Positions 44,109 to 53,825 of a stretch of 64,000 nucleotides of DNA are shown piece by piece; position 1 is the stretch's first letter, and the number at the start of each line of letters is the position of its first letter. Origin of the DNA: Candidatus Saccharimonadota bacterium (GTDB lineage: Bacteria; Patescibacteriota; Saccharimonadia; Saccharimonadales; Saccharimonadaceae). The translations under genes and the position numbers were made by a program. The stretch spans positions 31,978-95,977 of the forward strand of contig QJZZ01000001.1 in assembly GCA_003246575.1 (NCBI GenBank). The letters are read 5' to 3'. The notes beneath the pieces were generated by a model. The model had not been told where the DNA came from. It saw only the letters and a program-made list of their open reading frames with translations, and searched no databases.

Positions 44109-47100
44109 ATGTGGGTTATGCGCAAACTACGCGCGCCGAGGGTACACGTTCGGCGCCTTATTTTTTTGACGGTCATCAGCGTATTTATGGCCGCTCTTAC
44201 CTCAGTCGTTTCGTTCTCGAATACGGCTTTTGCTGCTGATGCCGAATGGAGTGGTGTGACGCTTAGCTACGATGGCAACACCTACGCGGCCACCACGGCT
44301 GCACCTGATCGCCCCGGCGAGCCGAACGAATACCAATGGATAAGTAGCCTTTCTTCGCCAGCGACGGCAAATGTTCTCTATTTTGCTGATGACATTGATC
44401 CGACAGATGCAACCACCGCAACTTTTATCAGTTATACATTTACAGCTCCGGGAAGTAACTATTCGTCACCATCAAGCCCAGTGACCGTTACTGTGACTCG
44501 CGATCTCACTGCAACTGCCGCGAGCGGCACCACAGACTGTGGCGTTGGTGCTATTGGTTGGATTGTTTGTCCAGTGTCAAACTGGATCGCCGACGGCGTT
44601 GACTGGATCTATGACACTATCTCAAACTTCTTTGATGTACAAACGATCACCCAGTCGGGGAACGGTATATATGAGCTTTGGCAACTCGTCAGAACCATTG
44701 CAAACGTTGTCTTCATCATCGTATTCCTCATCATCATATTCTCTCAGATAACCGGCGCAGGCTACTCCAACTACAGCATCAAAGATATGATACCGCGCCT
44801 TATTATCGGAGCAATTCTTGTCAACGTCTCGTTCTGGATCTGCGCACTTGCCGTAGATACATCAAATGTACTCGGCCATTCGATTCAAGCCGTTTTCGAT
44901 AATGTACGGCAAAATTACGTCACAACCGTAGATATAGACTGGACAGCCGCGACAGGTGCCGTGCTCGGTGGACTCGGCATTGCAGGTGTTACCGGGTTTG
45001 CCGCAGCAACAGCAGGAAGCAGCATAAGCCTGTCTTTTATCCTCATCTCCGTCTTGATACCTGCAGCCCTGTCTGTGCTTGCCGCGTTCATCGTACTTGC
45101 AGCTCGCCAAGCGATTATCGTTGTGCTCACAGCGATATCGCCACTCGCATTTGTTGCTTTCGTGCTCCCGAACACGCGAAACCTTTTCGATAAGTGGCGC
45201 AGCCTCTTCACCAACATGCTCATCATCTTTCCAGCATTCGCACTTCTATTTGGTGCATCACAAATTGCCGGAGCAGCGATCATCAAGACGGCCGAGAATG
45301 CCGCAGATGAACTTCAACTCGTCTTCGTTTTGATCGGTCTCGCTGTGCAGGTGATTCCACTCGCACTCACGCCACTGCTATCGCGACTCAGCTCAGGCCT
45401 CCTGAGCCAGGTTTCTGGTATGGTCAATAACCGTCAAAAGGGCCTGGCCGACCGCGCACGCAACTGGGCGCAAGACAACGCCGATATGCATAAAGCACGC
45501 AAACTTGGCAATATCGCCAACGACGTACAACGTCGACGCGAGGGCTTGCAAGTTAGTCCGCTACGCGCTCGTGGTATCGGGCGCCTCGGGTACAATATGG
45601 ACCAATCAAAGCGCACCAGGGAAGCCTACAAGCATCAAAGCGAAGAACTTCTGTCAGCTCAACACGAGGAGCGCTGGAATAACCGTATCGCCAATCCTCG
45701 AGAGGCCGGTGCCGTCCGTTCACGTCTCGGTATGACAACGCTCGACCAGCGCACCGCAACCCAGCACGACATGGCCCACCACGTTAAAAAGCAGGCCGAG
45801 ACCCGCAAAGCGGATCATGAGGCACATGCCGACCAACACTGGAACGAGTACCTTGATGGCGCTGCAGGCGCTGAATACAGGCAACTTCGCCACAACACTC
45901 ATGTCACCAAAGGTATCTCAAAGGTATATGACGATGATATGACCAATGCCGATGAGCTAGCACTCAAGGCATTCGTGAACAATACGGCCGCTCACCGTAC
46001 ACGCGCCGTTCGTGCATCCGTCACTGCCAACCAAGCAAAGGCGCATCAAGACAGTATCGACGCGACAGTGCAAGAAACATGGAACTTGCAACAAGAGGGA
46101 GACGTAAATCTCCGCGCCATGCGTCGTGAGACTGCGCTAACCCAAAAGCGTGCCGAGGTAGTAGAGAAGTCTATGGCTGCTGATGATCAGCGCGTATACG
46201 AAACGCTCGCAAACTCCGATCCAGGATATGCCCAAGTCCGTCAACGACGCGTTCAGACAGTCGTCGATAGCAAGATGGGCGAGTTCCAGGGTAGTCAAAT
46301 CGAAACCGAAGGTGCTCGCGCCTACGCGGCACTGTTCGAGGACGGCCAAGCCGGTTCACGTGCCCTTCGTCAGCAGAATGTTCAGATGGAACAGATGAAG
46401 AAAGAAACCGCCACGATAGAGGCAACCCTCCAGAAGCGCGCTGATGCACACTGGGAGCGCGTATCTCAATCTGACGCAAACGTACAAACACTTCGTGTGC
46501 GACAGACCGACGCCGAGGAGTCTGCACGCAGGTCTGCTGCCGAATGGAACAGCCTAGTTGAACGCGTCCGCGACCAAGGTGCCGCCGCAGACGGATTTGT
46601 TGGCACCACCCAAGACGGCAACTCACTTCAGGCGAACTTCAACGCCGCAACCGGCGCAGAACAGAACCTCGAAAACCTCAAGTCAGTTACCCAAAGCCAC
46701 GCAAAGCAACGCTTCGCCGAAACAGAAGCCGGACGTCGCTCTGCCTTGCGCGCACAAGCGGCCAAAGATTCGCTCGAGAGCGTTCAAGCCGATGAAGCTG
46801 CTCGCGCCCAAGAACTCCGCACCAACAGGGATATTGAAAACCTCACAGGCGAGGACCTCGCTATCGCAACAGAGATGCGCAATGCCGATATCGTTAAGCG
46901 CGCCCAAGATCGCCGCAAAGCGAATGCACTTGGTCAAACTGATGCAGAGTACGCAAGTGAAGTGGCAAGTGACACAGGGTACATACCTGGCACAACCGAG
47001 CGCATAGCCACCATCGCCGGCGGTATAGACAATTACGGCGAGGCACGTGCTATCGCGAGCGCCACCCAAGTAGAAGTCGACCAGTTCAACAAGAATGTCG

Positions 47101-47801
47101 CAACAGAAAAGTCTACGATGACCGGCATGCCCGACAGGTCCGACGACCCGAACAGAGAAACCTGGATGAGCATCGTTCAAGACGACAGTCAGTCTGATGA
47201 ACGTCGCGCTGCTGCTGCTGGCAAGATTATGCAGGGTGGAGCGATGGGTACTATCCAAGCCCTTTACAACTATGCAATTAGCGACCCTAACCTCAGCGAG
47301 CGCTCACGTAAGAATATTGAGATGCAGATGGGTGGCGATATCGGCCGAGTGCCATTTGGTATGGGCGCGGGTGCCCGTGCAGCTATGGCGAGTGGTGCGA
47401 TGGACGCCGATACGGCATTCGCCGGGTTTAATGCAGAACAACGCGCAGCAATCGTAATAGCCATGCAGAACCCAGACGCCGTAAGCCAGCAAAACATTGG
47501 CCAGCTCACACACTATGATGCAATGCTGGGCAACCGCCTCAAGGAAAAAATCTCCGCAGAAGCACTGGTCGGTCTCGACCCAGATGATCGCACCCGCATC
47601 ACCGAACTCTTCAGTGACATCCAACATGACGGCGGCCTCGTACTCCCAGCGGAAGCACGTGCGAATATCATTGATGCAATCCGCGGTGCAGCCTCGAACG
47701 AAAACCTTCGCAAGACCGTACCGCCAGATGCCAAGCGCAGCTACAACACGATCCTTGCAGCGCTTGGTGAGACACCTCTCACCCGTGAAGACTGGGCATA
47801 A
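44109..47801 (+). CDS. VirB6/TrbL-like polytopic T4SS channel protein with ~790-aa hydrophilic C-terminal extension
   Basis: Signal/TM, extracytoplasmic domain, CGVGAIGWIVCPV motif, ~6 TM including ISPLAFVAFVLPNTRNLFDKWRSLF, then an Ala/Gln/Arg/Glu-rich tail. Confidence 0.78.
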   Translation: MWVMRKLRAPRVHVRRLIFLTVISVFMAALTSVVSFSNTAFAADAEWSGVTLSYDGNTYAATTAAPDRPGEPNEYQWISSLSSPATANVLYFADDIDPTDATTATFISYTFTAPGSNYSSPSSPVTVTVTRDLTATAASGTTDCGVGAIGWIVCPVSNWIADGVDWIYDTISNFFDVQTITQSGNGIYELWQLVRTIANVVFIIVFLIIIFSQITGAGYSNYSIKDMIPRLIIGAILVNVSFWICALAVDTSNVLGHSIQAVFDNVRQNYVTTVDIDWTAATGAVLGGLGIAGVTGFAAATAGSSISLSFILISVLIPAALSVLAAFIVLAARQAIIVVLTAISPLAFVAFVLPNTRNLFDKWRSLFTNMLIIFPAFALLFGASQIAGAAIIKTAENAADELQLVFVLIGLAVQVIPLALTPLLSRLSSGLLSQVSGMVNNRQKGLADRARNWAQDNADMHKARKLGNIANDVQRRREGLQVSPLRARGIGRLGYNMDQSKRTREAYKHQSEELLSAQHEERWNNRIANPREAGAVRSRLGMTTLDQRTATQHDMAHHVKKQAETRKADHEAHADQHWNEYLDGAAGAEYRQLRHNTHVTKGISKVYDDDMTNADELALKAFVNNTAAHRTRAVRASVTANQAKAHQDSIDATVQETWNLQQEGDVNLRAMRRETALTQKRAEVVEKSMAADDQRVYETLANSDPGYAQVRQRRVQTVVDSKMGEFQGSQIETEGARAYAALFEDGQAGSRALRQQNVQMEQMKKETATIEATLQKRADAHWERVSQSDANVQTLRVRQTDAEESARRSAAEWNSLVERVRDQGAAADGFVGTTQDGNSLQANFNAATGAEQNLENLKSVTQSHAKQRFAETEAGRRSALRAQAAKDSLESVQADEAARAQELRTNRDIENLTGEDLAIATEMRNADIVKRAQDRRKANALGQTDAEYASEVASDTGYIPGTTERIATIAGGIDNYGEARAIASATQVEVDQFNKNVATEKSTMTGMPDRSDDPNRETWMSIVQDDSQSDERRAAAAGKIMQGGAMGTIQALYNYAISDPNLSERSRKNIEMQMGGDIGRVPFGMGAGARAAMASGAMDADTAFAGFNAEQRAAIVIAMQNPDAVSQQNIGQLTHYDAMLGNRLKEKISAEALVGLDPDDRTRITELFSDIQHDGGLVLPAEARANIIDAIRGAASNENLRKTVPPDAKRSYNTILAALGETPLTREDWA

Positions 47802-47951
47802 CCACCACTTCATATCAGACCATAGGTTCGTCGTATCGACATCTTGTGATATAGCTATTGCTTTTTTTAGCGATATGGTGTATAATACTTTTCAAAGCAT
47901 AAGAATCAGTAATATGCTGTGCGTACAAACGCAGATGAAAGGACACTGTTC

Positions 47952-48812
47952 ATGGCTCAATCACGCAAGAATAAATTTGAACTTCCTAGCAAAGCCAAGG
48001 AGACTAGTGCTAAGGTAGCCGCTACATTAGCAGGTGTTGCACTCCTCGCGGGCTGTGGACCGAGCAGTGAGACATCTGCATCACCAACTCCGAGCGCGAC
48101 AGAAATAACGCAAACGATCGAGTCGCCAACTCCCGTAGAGACACCGACAGCCGAAGCTACAAGTTCACCAGAGCAGACAGCGACTCCTGAATGGCAAGAA
48201 GCACAGGATACTTTGATTAATAGTCTTGAGGCTATGAGCTATGACGACTTCATAGCCACAACAACCCCCGAAGAAAGAGCTGTGTGGTGTGCATATACCA
48301 ACCGCGATGCAGAACTAGAATTTGGAGAGTACTGGGCAACAGCAACGGGCAACCCTCTCGATGCAATAGTATACGGATCCGTAGACGACACCCCTGAAGA
48401 AAAGGTTGCTGTCATGCAAAATATGTCCAGGAGCGCTTTTATACTACATTTCTACCCAGAAGATGGGGGGAATAGCACGTTCTTTGACATGGAAACGTCT
48501 AGGAAGGTTGCTGGGTGCACTTATTTTGAGTCAGACGTAGAAAAGTGGCAGGGATTTGACGAGGGCGTCGTGAACGTCCTAACAGAACACGGCCTCAGTG
48601 AAGCGCCAATGCTTGGTCGAACAGGTAGTTTTCCGATGCTTGATGTTGTTAGCTTCGAGTCGGAATACGTAGGCAACGACGGACGTACCCGACAGGCAAT
48701 TCGCATACAAAATCCACTGAACGGCAACCAGGCCACTCGAACATATGTGACGATTAACTATTCGTACAATGGCGAACCCCGCATCACCTACATGCAAGAC
48801 TTCACTGACTAG
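47952..48812 (+). CDS. lipoprotein (LAGC lipobox), T4SS-locus associated
   Basis: The ATG at 47952 follows an AAAGGA RBS. VAATLAGVALLAGCGPSS. Confidence 0.72.
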   Translation: MAQSRKNKFELPSKAKETSAKVAATLAGVALLAGCGPSSETSASPTPSATEITQTIESPTPVETPTAEATSSPEQTATPEWQEAQDTLINSLEAMSYDDFIATTTPEERAVWCAYTNRDAELEFGEYWATATGNPLDAIVYGSVDDTPEEKVAVMQNMSRSAFILHFYPEDGGNSTFFDMETSRKVAGCTYFESDVEKWQGFDEGVVNVLTEHGLSEAPMLGRTGSFPMLDVVSFESEYVGNDGRTRQAIRIQNPLNGNQATRTYVTINYSYNGEPRITYMQDFTD

Positions 48813-48843
48813 CGTCGACTCATAGGGGGTTCGTATAACACCC

Positions 48844-48877
48844 AAAAAACAGCCTTACGTAATTGTGGGCTGTTTTT
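48844..48877 (+). terminator. intrinsic terminator
   Basis: aaaaaacagcc ... ggctgttttta. Confidence 0.7.
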
Positions 48878-48932
48878 AAAACTATTCAGACATATCCATT
48901 CTATATCATTTATGCTTTAATGGTCTGTAGAT

Positions 48933-51806
48933 ATGGTCGGCAAGTTAAAGCGTGTATTTCTATTTGTAGCAGTAGCGGCGGTCGTGAGCTCAAATTTCTC
49001 ACTCCTTATTAGTGATACAGCCAACGCCTCGGCGTTCGATGACGCGGGTTACCAGCAGAAAGTTCTAATGTATAGCACCGCAAAAGGTGTGTACGACTGT
49101 TTCACCTTTGGGGCTGACCTGAAGAGTGGTATCAACGACCTAAAGAACGGTGCACTATTTGATGGAGGCTTCACATACAGAACACATATTAACCTATCTA
49201 AATACACATCCATCGAGAATGATGCGGGCCTAAGCAAGGATTTTGGTTGTCAAGACAACGAAAACAGATTAGCAAAGCTGTTTTTTCAAACGTTTGGGAT
49301 AGATGATACTATTGACTTTTTGTGCCAAATTGGATACCGCGCCAGCGGAGACACCGATCTATGCGCCACTGGCGGCGCAGGCTCCGGTAATCTCGTGACC
49401 GATAGCAAAGAGCAGACCGCCAATAAGCTTTCAAGCTACATCAATGAGAATTTTGGACTGAATGTCGGGGGTGGGGTAGTTGATAGTGGATTCTATGCCC
49501 AATATACACTCGACACTCTTTTAAGCCCTGACGCCTGCGGCCTGTCTCGAGTGACAAATGTTGGCAATACTTCCGAGGATTATGTATACCAGACAAACGC
49601 ATCCGGGCAATCAGTGACGTATGTCGGTGCCGAGGCGAAGAACCATAGTGTAAAACTTGTCAAGGAAGACGACTACGGCGTTAGTAGCACAGTGGATAGC
49701 CGCACCTGCGAGCAACTCTTCCAAACATACACGTCAAATCTCGAATACTCAGTAGCCACTACAAACCGTGACGCAGAAGAGTGGTGCAGTGCGCAGTACA
49801 TAGATTCCAGCCTAAAGAACGCATGCGAGGCTGGATACCTCGGTATAGACTGTAGCACTACGTATGTCGCGTCATCTGGAACAACCACCCCATACTATGA
49901 CCCAAACACCGGAACGACTACTACGGGCTGGACTGAAGAGCAGGCAGCCACAAGACGCGCCGCCTGCGAAGCCGGCTCAACACAAGCGCCGGAGACATAC
50001 GATCAGCAAAGCCTCGATATCAGCAGTGATGTAGTGACCTGCGCCATAGAGTCAATTGGCTGGATTATATGCCCAGTCATCACCACTCTCGGCAAAGTGG
50101 CAGACTCGGCCTTCGGTCAGGTCGAAACAATGATGACTGTCGATACGAACACACTCTTCGAGCCCAACGGGACCGCATATGGTGCCTGGAGTAACATGCG
50201 CAGCATTGCAAATGTATTATTCATCGCTGCCTTTCTCGTAATCATATACTCCCAGATCACTGGAGCGGGCCTTTCAAATTACGGTATCAAAAAGATGATT
50301 CCGCGTTTGGCAATCGCTGCAATACTCATCAACCTGTCGTGGTATATCAGCGTAGCTGCTATAGAGATATCAAATGTCATTGGGTCAAGTATGATGTCCA
50401 CCATAGCCGGCACACAAAGCAACGAAATACCCGCACCCGCCCTACAGAGCGACTGGCAAACTGGCAATATTGGCACCGGATTTGTCGGCTGGGCGGCCGC
50501 GGCAGCCGTCGTCGGAGCGGCTGCGTTCTTTTTCACCGGAACAGTGCTCGCCGCACTCCTGTATGTCGTGTTTGCGGTACTCACCGTTGTACTCCTACTG
50601 GGCTTAAGGGAAGCGCTACTCCTGCTCGTCGTGGTCTTGTCTCCACTGGCGTTCGCCGCTAATCTTCTGCCGAATACTGAAAACTTGTTCAAGAAATGGT
50701 GGGACCTATTCAAAGTACTTCTACTGGCCTTTCCGATTGTCGGGTTGATGTATGGACTCGGAAAGTTAGCTGCGGGTGTACTATTCAAGACCGGCGAGTG
50801 GCAGACTCAGATCTTCGGTATGGTCGCTATGTTCGCCTGGATTTTTGTCCTCAAAAAAGTACTTGAGTCGGCAACCTCTATCGGAGGCTTGAGTGGACTG
50901 GTAGGCAAGGTAACGGGCGGAGCGCATGGTCAAGCCGGAAAATATGCCGCCGGATCAGCTCTTGCCAAGGCGGGTCAATATCGACAAGCACAAGCTACAA
51001 AGAATCGCGGTCTCATACAATCAGGCGCATACAAAGGCAAGAACCCGCTTGGTCGTGCAGCATCAGCAATCAATAAACGCATCAACAATAGCCGCCTGAG
51101 TGGTGGGTTTGGCACGCAAATGGCTGCGGCAGGTGTTCAGGCAGCACAACAGCAAACAGCAGCAGCAGTAGCCACCCAGCAGGCAGCTATGCAGGGTCTT
51201 GGCGCCGACAAGCTATTAAGTGTAGCAAAAGATAAAAAATCTTCGAAAGAAACCCGTGCAGCCGCGTTTAAGCAACTTGCGGCCACCGGAGGAACCCAGC
51301 ATGTCCAGGATGCCCTCGATTACATGATGAAAGAGGGCGCCAAAACGGGCAAAGATAGAGATGCCGATATCTCCGACATCCAACAGCTAGCAGCAGCAGA
51401 CATCGCCGCACGCAAACCAGCCGGTCTCGGTAAACGAGCTGCTACTGACTTGGCTAATGGCACACTCAAGGGGCCAGGATACAACCATGCACTACGACAA
51501 CGAATACGAGATGGTGCTATTGGCGCTGAAGATTTTGCCAAAATGGACCCCGACGACCACGCCCGACTCGCTCTCATGCAAGCTGGTGGAGCATTCGATG
51601 CAGAAGATACCAAGAAGCTACAGGCACTACACAATGACGTTATGACTAGCTCAAACTACGGGTATAGTCCACAGACGCAACACCTTGCCGAACAAACTGT
51701 CAACGGACCTGCAGGCGGGCCGGGTTCGGGAACGGCAGGCGTCACGAAGTTTGACGGTAGTAACCTTGAGCAAAGCATAACTCAATTGGATATACCTAAG
51801 CCCTAA
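48933..51806 (+). CDS. second VirB6/TrbL-like polytopic protein with Cys-rich extracytoplasmic N-domain
   Basis: Paralogous core: CAIESIGWIICPV, IIYSQITGAGLSNYGIKKMIPRLAIAAILINLSWY and LSPLAFAANLLPNTENLFKKWWDLF. Confidence 0.78.
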   Translation: MVGKLKRVFLFVAVAAVVSSNFSLLISDTANASAFDDAGYQQKVLMYSTAKGVYDCFTFGADLKSGINDLKNGALFDGGFTYRTHINLSKYTSIENDAGLSKDFGCQDNENRLAKLFFQTFGIDDTIDFLCQIGYRASGDTDLCATGGAGSGNLVTDSKEQTANKLSSYINENFGLNVGGGVVDSGFYAQYTLDTLLSPDACGLSRVTNVGNTSEDYVYQTNASGQSVTYVGAEAKNHSVKLVKEDDYGVSSTVDSRTCEQLFQTYTSNLEYSVATTNRDAEEWCSAQYIDSSLKNACEAGYLGIDCSTTYVASSGTTTPYYDPNTGTTTTGWTEEQAATRRAACEAGSTQAPETYDQQSLDISSDVVTCAIESIGWIICPVITTLGKVADSAFGQVETMMTVDTNTLFEPNGTAYGAWSNMRSIANVLFIAAFLVIIYSQITGAGLSNYGIKKMIPRLAIAAILINLSWYISVAAIEISNVIGSSMMSTIAGTQSNEIPAPALQSDWQTGNIGTGFVGWAAAAAVVGAAAFFFTGTVLAALLYVVFAVLTVVLLLGLREALLLLVVVLSPLAFAANLLPNTENLFKKWWDLFKVLLLAFPIVGLMYGLGKLAAGVLFKTGEWQTQIFGMVAMFAWIFVLKKVLESATSIGGLSGLVGKVTGGAHGQAGKYAAGSALAKAGQYRQAQATKNRGLIQSGAYKGKNPLGRAASAINKRINNSRLSGGFGTQMAAAGVQAAQQQTAAAVATQQAAMQGLGADKLLSVAKDKKSSKETRAAAFKQLAATGGTQHVQDALDYMMKEGAKTGKDRDADISDIQQLAAADIAARKPAGLGKRAATDLANGTLKGPGYNHALRQRIRDGAIGAEDFAKMDPDDHARLALMQAGGAFDAEDTKKLQALHNDVMTSSNYGYSPQTQHLAEQTVNGPAGGPGSGTAGVTKFDGSNLEQSITQLDIPKP

Positions 51807-51825
51807 AGCGTAGTACGATGGTGAT

Positions 51826-52965
51826 ATGGCAACCTACAAAGTAGCTCAAGATGTCGAAGCTGATGACAAACTGCTCGGACCGTTCGGGTTCCGTCAGTTT
51901 ATTTACCTAATTATTGTCGCAATGGCAGGGTTCATTGCCTATGGTCTATGGCAGATTCTGCCTCCGCTTGCCATCATACCATCGCCAATCATCATCTTCT
52001 TCGGCGCACTTGCGCTGCCGCTTCGCAAAGACCAACCAATGGAAACATACCTGGCTGCGATGGTGTCGTTTTATCTCAAGCCACGCAAACGTCTCTGGAG
52101 CCCGGATGGTGTGGAGAATATCGTCGAAATCATCGCCCCAAAGACCGCCGAGGACAACCTCACAAAGAACTTCAACGGCAATGAAGCCGATCGTCGGTTG
52201 TCGTATCTGGCAGACCTAGCAGACAGTAGGGGATGGGCGATTCGACACGCTGCAGGCCCTACGGCCGGCACATCTATGCTTGGTGATGTCTACATCGAGG
52301 CACAAACCGCAGAAGATGTCCTCGAAGAACATGGTAATCTTGCTCAAAACATTGACTCCCTTATCGGCAGGGCAGATGCAGCGCGACGCCAAGAGCTCAT
52401 AGAGAGTATGCGTCGTCCCCAACCGGCGCCGCAGCCACAGCAGCCGATCACACAGGTATCACCCGTCGCATACGCTACCCCAGCAGCATACGCACAGCCA
52501 TTCCAGGCACCGTCGCCCCAAGCATATACGCCAGTGCTAGAGCCCGCCCCTCAACCACCCCAAGCACCATACATCCCACAGCAACCCGTGCAGCAATACC
52601 CAACACAAGCAGGTCCTGCGCCCGCACCAGACATAGATACATCAAACCTACAGTTCAATCCATATCCATCAATTCATCAGAGCGTCATCCAGCCGCTCGT
52701 TGCTCCTGCTCCTGCTCCTGCTCCTGCGGGGACGGTACCCGCAAATCCAACTGCCACACAACCGGCCGAACCAGTCGTACAGGCACCGGTTCAACCCGAG
52801 CCACTACCGGCACCGAAAACAGAGGAAAGCACTAGCGATACGAGTGTCACACCTGATATAATGAATCTTGCAAATAATTCACAGAACTTGTCGGTGGAGA
52901 CAATCGCGCGTGAGGCAGATCGCCTCAAGGGAGATTCTGACGAAGTAGTTATCTCGCTACGGTAG
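51826..52965 (+). CDS. PrgI/VirB3-like protein with long P/Q-rich C-terminal region
   Basis: VAQDVEADDKLLGPFGFRQFIYLIIVAMAG plus a second TM matches the PrgI-family N-terminus. Confidence 0.7.
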   Translation: MATYKVAQDVEADDKLLGPFGFRQFIYLIIVAMAGFIAYGLWQILPPLAIIPSPIIIFFGALALPLRKDQPMETYLAAMVSFYLKPRKRLWSPDGVENIVEIIAPKTAEDNLTKNFNGNEADRRLSYLADLADSRGWAIRHAAGPTAGTSMLGDVYIEAQTAEDVLEEHGNLAQNIDSLIGRADAARRQELIESMRRPQPAPQPQQPITQVSPVAYATPAAYAQPFQAPSPQAYTPVLEPAPQPPQAPYIPQQPVQQYPTQAGPAPAPDIDTSNLQFNPYPSIHQSVIQPLVAPAPAPAPAGTVPANPTATQPAEPVVQAPVQPEPLPAPKTEESTSDTSVTPDIMNLANNSQNLSVETIAREADRLKGDSDEVVISLR

Positions 52966-52988
52966 TCAGCCGATAGGCTCAAAAAGGA

Positions 52989-53825
52989 GTGGGCGTGCCG
53001 CCAAACCAACAGTTACCGCCATCGATGGGCCAACAACCGATGCAGCCAGGTGTTTCTGGTACTGCAGTGCAGGCCGATGCCGAGCAGCAGAAAAAGGCAC
53101 AGACTAACCAAACCACTACTCAAAAAAGCCTCCTCTTCTCCGAGCTACGCGACAGCATGATCATCATGGCAGACGGCTCATACCGTGCAGTTATCGCGTG
53201 TGAGTCAATCAACTTTGACCTTATGAGTAATCGCGAACGCGAAGGAGTTGAGTATAGCTACCAAAACTTCCTGAATTCACTCAACTTTCCGATTCAAATC
53301 CTCGTCCGCTCACAGCGAGTTGACATCACTCCGTATATCGAGAAGCTTCAGAATATTCGCCGCACACAGGACAATATGCTCCTCGGTGTACTTATGGATG
53401 ATTACATTATGTTTATCGCTGATCTCGCAGAGCAGGCAAACATCATGGACAAAAGCTTTTATATCGTCGTGCCATACTCGGCCGGTGGCGAAGGTGGTAA
53501 GATCGTCGAGCAGGGCAAGGGCTTCTTCGGCAAGTTATTTGGCAGCACCGGCCCCGTCGTCACTAAGATCGACCAAGCAAGTTATGAAAAAGCAAAGACC
53601 GAGATCGGCAACCGCGTTAGTGTCGTCACGAGTGGTCTTTTTCAACTTGGCGTCCGGGCTGTTCAGCTCAAAACCAAAGAGCTTGGCGAACTCTATTACA
53701 ATATGTATAATCCCGATACTGCCGTCAACCAGCCGCTCGGTGATTTTAGCCAGATAACGCCTATCTACATCAAAAAAGGGGAGAATGCCCCGGCCGTTGA
53801 CCCATCACAAGGAGGAGTTGTCTAA
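52989..53825 (+). CDS. T4SS-associated protein resembling a stand-alone VirB4 N-terminal domain
   Basis: GTG start (52989 or 52995) after an AAGGAG RBS. MIIMADGSYRAVIACESINFDLMSNREREGVEYSYQNFLNSLNFPIQILV. TAATG overlap with virB4. Confidence 0.6.
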   Translation: MGVPPNQQLPPSMGQQPMQPGVSGTAVQADAEQQKKAQTNQTTTQKSLLFSELRDSMIIMADGSYRAVIACESINFDLMSNREREGVEYSYQNFLNSLNFPIQILVRSQRVDITPYIEKLQNIRRTQDNMLLGVLMDDYIMFIADLAEQANIMDKSFYIVVPYSAGGEGGKIVEQGKGFFGKLFGSTGPVVTKIDQASYEKAKTEIGNRVSVVTSGLFQLGVRAVQLKTKELGELYYNMYNPDTAVNQPLGDFSQITPIYIKKGENAPAVDPSQGGVV

